From Mobula birostris (taxonomy: Eukaryota): a stretch of DNA of 64,000 bases. The position numbers and the translations under genes are program-made. The DNA lies in the NCBI RefSeq assembly GCF_030028105.1, contig NC_092371.1:156374490-156438489 (forward strand), read 5' to 3'. Each line of letters starts with the position of its first letter. Positions within the stretch are counted from its first letter, which is position 1. This document shows positions 54,811 through 64,000 of this stretch, piece by piece. The notes beneath the pieces were generated by a model. That model did no database searches. It was not told the DNA's origin and was given only the letters and a program-made list of their open reading frames with translations.

Positions 54811-55436
54811 ATTAAGATCCCTACCATTTGGGCCACCTTTGAGCAGGGGGTACAGAAGCTGAAGTCCAACACCATCAAGTTCAGTAACAGCTACCTTCTT
54901 AATCATTACAGTTGAGCAACACGATGACCACTTTGAACTAAACTGGACTTTGCATTTTGCTCTGATTGTGTTTTTATGAAAAAATGTGTATATTTTATGT
55001 TTTTCTGGTGAATGCTGCTAATATGATGCTCTATGCCTATGAGCTGCAGCAAGTACATTTTTATTTGCACCTGTGCATATGACAATAAGTTTAACTGGAA
55101 CCAGCACTTGAATCATCAGAGCAGAGAAGGTGATGGGCCAAAAGCTGGTAAATTAATGCAGTTAGTTTATGACTGACTTGGACATGGGACTGTTCTAGTA
55201 CTGCATGGCTCTGCAACTTTACTACATACAATATTGGTCTCCCAATTAATGGAAGGATATAAATGAAATAGAACTAGCTTTGAGAATTTTTGCTAAAGTG
55301 ATGGGGTGGTTTGTCCTATGCTGAAAGACTAGGCAGGTTTGTTACCATTGGTGTTGAGAAGAGAGAGAGGAATTGGCATTTAGAGAGAGAGATCCTGAGG
55401 TGTTTTGACAAGGCAGTGGTGGAAAGTATTTAAAAA

Positions 55437-57597
55437 TGCAAACATGAGGAAATCTGCAGACTTCTATGTGTGTTGGTGGAAAGTAACACTCACAACACGC
55501 TGGAAGAACTCAGCAGGTCGGGCAGCATCCGTGGAAACGATCAGTCAACATTTTTGGCCGGAACCCTTCGTCAGGACTGTAGAGGGAAGGGGCAGAGGCC
55601 CTATAAAGACGGTGGGGGGAGAGTGGGAAGGAGAAGGCTGGTAGGTTCCAGGTGAAAAACCAGTAAGGGGAAAGATAAAGTGGGGGGGGGAAGGGGAAGC
55701 AGGGAGGTGATAGGCAGGAAAGGTGAAGAAGGAATAGGGGAAAACACAATGGGTAGAAGGAGGCGGAACCATGAGGGAGGTGATAGGCAGCTGGGGGAGG
55801 GGGCAGAGTGACATAGGGATAGAGGAAGGGAGGGGTGGGAATTACCAGAAGCTGGAGAATTCTATGTTCATACCATAGAAGACTACCTAGATGGTATATG
55901 AGGTGTTGCTCCTCCAACCTGAGTTTAGCCTCATCATGGCAGTAGAGGAGGCCATGTATGGACATATCTGAATGGGAGTGGGAAGCAGAGTTGAAGTGGG
56001 TGGCTACCGGGTGATCCTGTCTGTTTTGGCGGACGGAGCGGAGGTGCTCGACGAAGCGGTCCCCCAATCTGCGTCGGGTTTCACCGATGTAGAGGAGGCC
56101 GCACCGGGAGCACCGGATACAATAGATGCCCCAACAGACTCACAAGTGATGTGTTGCCTCACTCTGAAGGACTGCTTGGGACCCTGAATGGTGACAAGAG
56201 AGGAGGTGTAGGGACAGGTGTAGCACTTGCACTTACAGGGATAAGTGCCGGGCGGGAGATCCATGGGGAGGGACGTGTGAATCAGGGAGTCGTGGAGGGA
56301 CCGATCCCTGCGGAAAGCGGAGGGGGTGGAGAGGGAAGGATGTGCTTAGTGGTGGGGTCCTGTTGAAGGTAGCGGAAGTTGTGGAGGATAATGTGCTGGA
56401 TCCGGAGGCTGGTGGGGTGGTAGGTGAGGACAAGGGGAACTCCGTCCCTGTTGTGGTGGCGGGACGATGGGGTGAGGGCTGAAGTGCGGAAAATGGAGGA
56501 GATGCAGGTGAGGGCATCATTGATGACAGCAGAAGGGAAACCACGATCCTTAAAGAAAGAGGACATTTGCGATATCCTGGAATGGAAAACCTCATCCTCG
56601 GAGCAGATGCAGCGGAGACGGAGGAACTGGGAATAGGGAATGGCATTTTTGCATGTGGCGGGGTGGGAAGAGGTATAGTTGAGGTAGTTATGAGAGTCAG
56701 TGGGCTTGTAGAAGATGTCAGTGGACAGCCTGTCTCCAGAAATGGAGACAAAGAGGTCGAGAAAGGGGAGAGAAGTGTCTGAGATAGACCAAGTGAATTT
56801 GAGGGCTGGGTGGAAGTTAGAAGTAAAGTCGATGAAATTGACGAGCTCAGCATGGGTGCGGGAAGCAGCACCAATGTAGTCGTCAATCTACCGAAGGAAA
56901 AGTTCGGGAGCAGTACCAGAATAGGTTTGGAGCATAGACTGCTCCACATAATCAACGAAGAGGCAGGCATAGCTAGGGCCCATGCGAGTTCCCATAGCTA
57001 CACCCTTAGTCTGAAGAAAGTGGGAAGAGCCAAAAGAGAAGTTATTGAGTGTGAGAACCAGTTCCGCCAACCGGAGGAGGGTAGTGGTGGTGGGGAACTG
57101 GTGAGGTCTATTATCCAGAAAGCAGCGGAGGGCTTTGAGGCCTTCTTGATGGGGAATGGAGGTGTATAGGGATTGGACATCCATAGTGAAAATGAAGCGG
57201 TTGGGACTGGGGAACTGAAAGTTATTGAAGAGGTGGAGAGCATGGGATGTATCCCGGATGTAGGTGGGGAGGGACTGAACTAAGGGTGACAAAATGGAGT
57301 CCAGGTAGGCAGATACAAGTTCGGTGGGGCAGGAGCAGGCAGAAACTATGGGTCTACCGGGACAGTCAGGCTTGTGGATCTTGGGAGGAGGTAAAACCAA
57401 GCGTACGGCGTGTGGGAATTATGAGTTTAGCAGCTGAGGATGGAAGGTCTCCCAAGTTGATAAGGGCGGTGATGGTACGGGAGACAATGGTTTGATGTTT
57501 TTTGATGGGGTCCTGTTCCAGGGGTAAGTAAGAGGAGGTGTCAGAGAGCTGCCGTTTGGCCTCAGTGAGATAGAGGTCCGTCCGCCAGACTACTACA
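55437..57597 (-). mobile_element. 5'-truncated Penelope-like retrotransposon (RT + GIY-YIG endonuclease), frameshifted
   Basis: PKIHKPDCPGRPIVS...FTMDVQSLYTSIPH...QTKGVAMGTRMGPSYACLF (PLE RT) and GDRFVEHLRS...PVATHFN...RLEEQHLIYHLG (GIY-YIG). 3' UTR carries ctgacgaagggttccggccaaaaatgttgac, a hammerhead with GAAA mutated. Confidence 0.93.
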
Positions 57598-58592
57598 AGT
57601 ACTATCTCCTCTGCAGGGGAATCAAAATTTTGTGCTATACTGGCGGGGGGGGGGGGGAGAGGGGGTTGTGGTGATTACAGTTTATGAATAGTCACCAATT
57701 TAAAAAAAGAGTTGGGATATTTTTCTTTCTCTGAATAACCTATGGACAATGGATCCTGAAGAGGTGGGGCAAGCAGAGCTTTTGAGTATTTTTAAGGCAG
57801 GGATAGATAGATCCCTGATAAACAAGGTGACAAGATGCTACCAGGATAGGTAAGAATGCAGAGCTGAAGTTATTAGCTATTAGCTTGTTACATGGTGGAG
57901 CAGACTTGAAGGGTCAAATATCCTACTCTTGTTTCAAATTTGTATGTTTATATACATTCCTTACAATCTGAATTCTTGCTCAGTGAATTTCCAATGAAAT
58001 GTTAAACTGAGTTTCAGCTCAGATACAGATGAAAGATCCCATGGGGTTATTTCAAAACTGTCAAGGTGATGTCCTGACTAAGAAGACCAGACAGAGATTG
58101 TTGCTTGATAAATCCATGTGGATAATGTACTCTTGCAATTTGGTGATGTACTTTCTAGGTAACAACAGTAAATATACAGTACTGATTGTGAAGTCATTTG
58201 ATTTGTCCAAGGAGTCCATCAGAACTGTGTTTCTGATGGTTTGAGAGTTGTGTTTTGCATTTCAGATCCTGGTTATCCATATTATTACACCATAGAAAGC
58301 ATTCGATCTGGATGTAGAACAGCTTGGTATGGCAACTGCCCTGCATTTGATCACAAGAAACTGCAGAGAGTTGTGGATGCAGCTCAGCACCTCACAATTC
58401 AGCTTTCCCTCCGTGACTCTGTGTGTAAGTCTCACAGCTTCAGCAAAGCAAGCAGCATAATCAAGATCCCACCCGCCTCACACTTTCTCCCTTCTCCTTC
58501 CTCCCACTGGGCAGAAAGATACAAAAGCCATCTATCAGAATGCTGCATATGCAGTGCCTCCAGCTTTGTCAAAGACCCCTCCCAACCTTTCC

Positions 58593-58691
58593 AAGCAACA
58601 CACACAAAATGCTGGAGAAACTCTGCAGGCCAGGAAGAATCTATGGAAAAAAGTACAGTTGACGTTTCAGGCTGAAACCTTTCAGCAGGAC
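58593..58691 (-). mobile_element. Penelope 3' terminus mini-insertion inside Rex1-like fragments
   Basis: TSD cca(a/t)cctttcc at 58582-58592 and 58693-58703; stops at hammerhead stem I (aggac). Confidence 0.82.
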
Positions 58692-59549
58692 ACCATCCTT
58701 TCCACGATCTCTTTGTCAGGCAGAAGTCACTGCAGCATAAGAACCAGAACTGCAAGGCAAGGTAACAGCTTCCTTCCTGAGACTGTTAGACTTCTAAACG
58801 CCCAACACATATGTAAACCCTGTCTGAATGCCCTGCTTCTCCCTCCCTCCACTCCCCAACTCACACACTCTCTGGTCACTTTTTATCATTTACTGCTGCT
58901 GTTTCACACATGTATACAGCTGCTGGTTTTACTATAATAGTGCCAATAATATTGTACAGTCTTACATTAACATGCACCTCGCACTTTATGTCAACCTGTC
59001 AACCTTCAGGCCATGCCCTTCAGGGACTTGTGCTAATATTATTTTGTGACTGTATGTGCTGGATCATAACTATATCACACTGTGTGACCTGACAATCTAC
59101 AATTATCATTTTGAACTTTATCATTTACCTTCACTGCAATTTTTCTGTGGCTTTTCCACTTTATTCTGCGTTGTTATTGTTTTAACCTGTTCCACCTCAA
59201 TGCAACGCATAATGACTTTGATCTTGATGAACAGTATGCAAGACAAGCTTTTCACTGTACCTTCGTGAAAGTGACAATAATAAACCAAACCTATACCGCT
59301 GTCTATCCACTGCTAATGTTTTCATTCCAATTCCCTGTTTTGCTTGGCTGGGAGGTGAGGTGGATGACAATTTAATTTACTTTCACTGTCCTTGCAGGGA
59401 GCAGCAGCAGCCATGGCACAGCATCTTACTACCTCATGGGCCGCACACGTGGATACAGGAGATGGAATCATTCCCCGTCTCCTGCATGGGGCTGTGTATT
59501 TCAACATGCATCCTCCCGGTGAATGTACTGCAGGTATCACCAACACAAT

Positions 59550-59780
59550 GGGGCAGCACAGTAGCGTAGTAGTTAGCTCAAAGCTATTTACAGCACCAGC
59601 GTTCAATTTCTGCCGCTGTCTGTAAGGAGGTTGTACTTTCTCCCCCATGACTGCGTTGGTTTCCTCCAGGTACTCCAGTTTGTTCCCACATTCCCAAGCC
59701 GTACTGATGGGTTAGTAGGTCAATTGGTCAACCTGGGTGTATTTGGGCAGCATGCACTTATTGGGCCAGAAGGGCCTGCT
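59550..59780 (+). mobile_element. V-SINE
   Basis: gggcagcacagtagcgtagtagttagc...gctgtctgtaaggaggttgtac...ggtttcctccaggtactcc...gggccagaagggcctg. Confidence 0.78.
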
Positions 59781-59781
59781 A

Positions 59782-62700
59782 ATAGAACATAGAAATCTAC
59801 AGCATATTAAAGGCCCTTCAGCCCACAATGCTGTGCCGACCATGTAACCTACTCTAGAAACTGCCTAGTATTTCCCTACCACATAGCCCTCTATTTTTCT
59901 AAGTTGTACGTACCTATCTAAGAGTCTCTTAAAAGATCACTAGACACTAGAATACCACAGCACAGTACAGGCCCTTCGGCCCGTGATGTTGTATCGACCC
60001 ATATATTCCTTAAAAAAAAGTACTAAACCCACACTACCCCGTAACCCTCTATTTTTCTTTCATCCATGTGCCTGTCCAAGAGGCTCTTAAATACCCCTAA
60101 TGTTTTAGCCTCCACCACCACCCCTGGCAAGTCATTCCAGGCACCCACAACCCTCGGTGTAAAAAACTTACCCCTGACGTCTCCCCTAAACTTTGTACAT
60201 ATACCCTCTGGTGTTTGCTATTCGTGCCCTGGGAATCAGGTACTGGCAATCCACCCTATCTATGCCTCTCATAATCTTGTAGACCTCTACCAAGTCCCCT
60301 CTCATCCTTCTACGCTCCAAAGGGAAAAGTCCCAGCTCTGCTAACCTTGCCTCATAAGACTTGTTTTCCAATCCAGGCAACATCCTGGTAAACCTCCTCT
60401 GCACCCTCTCCATAGCTTCCACATCCTTCCTATAATGAGGTGACCAGAACTGAACACAATACTCTACGTGTGGTCTCACCAGAGATTTGTAGAGTTGCAA
60501 CATGACCTCTCTACTCTTGAACTCAATCCCCCTATTAACGAAGCCTAGCGTCCCATAGGCCTTCTTAACTATCCTATCAACCTGTGCAGTGACCTTGAGG
60601 GATGTATGGATTTGAACCCCAAGGTCCCTCTGTTCATCCACACTCTTAAGTAACCGACCATTAACCCTGTACTCAGCCTTCTGGTTTGTCCTTCCAAAAT
60701 GCATCACCTCACACTTATCTGGATTGAACTCTATCTGCCATTCTGCCTCTTCATCCAGGTCACTTATAAAAAATCACAAAGAGCAGGGGTCCCAGGACAG
60801 ATCCTTGCGGCACTCCACTAGTCACCAACCTCCAGGCAGAATACTTTCCTTCCACTACTACCCTCTGCTTTCTTCCTGGAAGCCAATTTTTTATTCAAAC
60901 AGCCAAGGTTCCACTGATCCCATGCCTCATGACTTTCTGGATGAGTCTCTTGTGGGGGACCTTCTGAGATGCCTTGCTAAAATCCATGTAGACCACATCT
61001 ACCGCCCTACCCTCATTAATTTCTTTTGTTACCTCTTCAAAAAACTCAATTAGGCTCGTGAGGCACAACCTTCCCTTCACAAAGTCATGTTGACTATCCT
61101 TGAGTAGGCTGTACTACTCCAAATGCTCATAGATCCTATCCGTAAGAATCCTTTCCAATAGTTTGCAGACCACTGGTGTAAGACTCACTGGTCTATAATT
61201 CCCAGGATTCTCCCTATTACCTTTTTTAAACAAGGGAACTACATTTGCCATTCTCCAATCCTCTGGCACCTCCCATGCAGCCAAAGAGGATTCAAAGATC
61301 ATAGCTACTGCTCCAGCGATCTCTTCTCTCACTTCCCACAACAACCTGGGGTATATCACATCCAGCTCTGGGCACTTATCAATCTTGATGTTTTTAAGAA
61401 GATCCAACACTTCTTCCTTAATCTCCACATTGTCCAGTACACAGGCCTGTTCTATTTCAACCTTACTCCGATCAAGGTCCTTTTAACTTGTGAATACTGA
61501 AGCAAAGTATTCTTTTAGAACCTCCCCAACCTCCTCTACCTCCAGGCACATGTTGCCTTCTTTATCCTTTAGCGGCCCCACCTTCATTCTTGCCATCCTT
61601 CTGTTCTTCACATACTCATAGAACGCCTTGGCGTTCTCCTTAATCCTACATGCCAAGGCCTTCTCCCTTCGAGTTCTCCAAATCCTTACTTAAGCTCCTT
61701 CCTGGCTACCCTATATTTCTCATGAGCCCCTCCTGCTTCCTGCTTCTTATATCTAACATATGCTTCCATCTTCCTCTTGGTGAGTTGCCTCACATGTTTC
61801 GTCAGCCACGGTTCCCTTTTCCTACCATTTTTTCTTTGTCTCAGTGGGACAAACCTATCCTGAACCCAGGATCCTGTTGTATCCGCTTCTAGTACCATTG
61901 CTGGCAGTGCATTCCATGCACCCACCACTCTCTGTGAAAAAATTACCTGACATCTCCTCAGTACCTACTTCCAAGCACCTTAAAACTATGCCCCTTGTGT
62001 TAGCCATTTCAGCCCTGGAAAAAGCCTCTGGCTATCCACACGATCAATGCCTCTCATCATCTTATACACCTTTATCAGGTCACTTCTCATCCTCTGTCGC
62101 TTCAAGGAAAAAAGGCCAAGTTCACTCAACCCATTCTCATAAGGCATGCTCTCCAATCAAAGCAACATCCTTATAAATCTCCTCTGCACTCTCTTTATAG
62201 TATACACATCCTTCCTGTAGTGAGGTGACCAGAACTGAACATAGTACTCCAAGTGGGGTCTAACTAAGGTCCTATACAGCTGTAACATTACCTCATGGGT
62301 CTTGAACTCAATCCCATGGTTGATGAAGGCCAACACACCACACGACTTAACAACACTCTCAAGCTGTGCGGCAGCTTTGAGTGCCCTTTGGACATGGACC
62401 CCAAGATCTCGTTGATCCTCCACACTGGCAAGAGTCTTACCATTAACATAATATTCTGTCTTCAAATCTGAACGACCAAAATGAACCACCACACTTTTTG
62501 GGGTTGAACTCTATCTGCCACTTCTCAGCCCAGTTCTGGTCACCACCCTCCATGCAGAATATGAACTATCTCCAACCACCCTTTGTCTTCTGTGGGCAAC
62601 CCAATTATGAATCCACAAAGCAAGGTCTCCTTGGATCCTATGCTTCATTACTTTCTGAATGAGCCTCACATGGGAAACCTTACAAAATCCATATAAAATC

Positions 62701-63925
62701 AAATGCCTTACTGAAACCCATATACACTACATCCGCAAACACAAGGAATCTGCAGATGCTGGAAATTCAAGCAACACACATCAAAGTTGCTGGTGAACGC
62801 AGCAGGCCAGGCAGCATCTCTAGGAAGAGGTACAGTCTTCCTAAGATGCTGCCTGGACTGCTGCGTTCCCCAGCAACCTTGATGTGTGTTGCTTACACTA
62901 TATCCACTGCTCTACCTTCACCGATGTGTTTAGTTACATCCTCAAAGAATTCAATCAGACTTGTAAGGCACGACCTGCCCTTGACAAAACCATGCTGACT
63001 ATCCTTAATCAGATTATGTCTCTCCAAATGCTCATAAACCTGCCTCTCAACATCTTCTCCAACAACTTGTCCACTACTGAAGTAAGACTCACTCGTCTAT
63101 AATTTCCTGGGTTACCTCTACTCCCTTTCTTGAACAAGGGAACAACGTGTGCAACCTTTCAATCCACTGGTATTTCTCCCATCCCTATTGATGATGCGAA
63201 GATCATCACCAGAGGCTCAGCAATCTCCTCCCTCGCCTTGCACAGTAGCTTGGGGTATATCTTGACCGGTCTCGGCAACTTATCTAACCTAATACCTTTC
63301 ATAAGCTCCAGCACATTCTCTTTCTTAACGTCTATACACTCAAGTGTTTCAGTCCACTGTAAGTCATCCCCACAGTTGCCAAGATCCTTTTCACTGGTGA
63401 ATACCGACGCAAACCATTCATTAAGTACCTCCGCTGCCCCCTCCGACTCCATACACGTTTCCATTCTCGCTCCTGATTGGTCCTATTGTCACACAGCTCA
63501 TCCTCTTGCTTTTCACATACTTGTAAAATGCCTTAGTGTTTTCCTTAATCCTGCTCACCAAGGCCTTCTCCTGGCCTTCTAGCTCTCCTAATTTCATTCT
63601 TGAGCTCCTTCCTGGCACCCTTGTAATTTTCTAGAGCTCTAGCAATATCTAGTTTCTTGCACCTTCCGTAAGCTTTTATTTTCTTCTTAACTAGATTTTC
63701 CACAACCTTTATACACCAAGGTTCTTTTACCCTTCCATCCTTCCCCTGCCTCAATGGAACATACCTATGCAGAACACCATGTAAATGATCCCCGAACATT
63801 TGCCATATTTCTGCCATGCATTTCCCTGAGAACATCTGCTCCCAATTTAGATTCCCAAGTTCCTGCCTAATAGCATCATATTCCCCCTACCCTAATAAAT
63901 GTTTTCCCAAATTGTCTGCTCCTAT
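59782..63925 (-). mobile_element. Stack of nested minus-strand CR1 LINEs (tail 59782-59936; inner copy about 59937-61870; outer body about 61875-63925)
   Basis: Two CR1 tails (tagaaca..., tagacactagaat) and two sets of ORF2 motifs (WRMANVVPLFKKG...PGNYRPVSLT at 61114-61428; REEIAEPLVMIF at 63159-63464; two LVRPHxEY motifs). Confidence 0.88.
62737..62893 (-). mobile_element. Penelope-derived hairpin inserted into CR1
   Basis: About 55-bp inverted arms; TSD tacacta(c/t)atcc(g/a)c at 62723-62736 and 62894-62907. Confidence 0.87.
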
Positions 63926-64000
63926 TAGCGCTATGGTAAAGGAGATAAGAGTTAATGTGCCGTATCTCTAAATAAATAAAGTAAAAAAGTAAACCTTACA

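Noticed and set aside
51594-64000. Expected upstream TM6-TM7 exon (ASLWSSCVVLPLL...HCILRRE)
   Set aside because: Not found; the region is almost all TE, so the exon probably lies beyond the right edge.

Overview
Repeat-rich vertebrate genomic DNA. The CR1/HER1-type LINEs, V-SINEs and Penelope-like elements point to a cartilaginous fish, probably a ray; the species cannot be determined. The window lies inside the 3' part of ADGRB3 (BAI3, adhesion GPCR) on the minus strand. Three coding exons of the cytoplasmic tail are visible (51498-51593, 42458-42497, 13218-13846), with canonical splice sites and compatible phases. Almost everything else is intron filled with transposable elements: many CR1 fragments (some nested), Rex1/Babar-like LINE fragments, Tc1 elements and MITEs, hAT-Charlie MITEs, tRNA-derived SINEs, and one 5'-truncated Penelope-like retrotransposon (RT + GIY-YIG) with about a dozen short derivatives of its 3' end. 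Main points of interest: (1) a family of TSD-flanked, hairpin-shaped Penelope mini-insertions carrying a minimal hammerhead ribozyme motif, whose junctions cluster at the ribozyme stem I and predicted cleavage site; (2) a Sleeping Beauty-like Tc1 rebuilt with two right ends, a horizontal-transfer candidate; (3) an internally deleted CR1 that keeps a putative 5' UTR and its 3' tail. TE boundaries are approximate unless a TSD or TIR is cited. Family names and protein comparisons come from memory, not from database searches.
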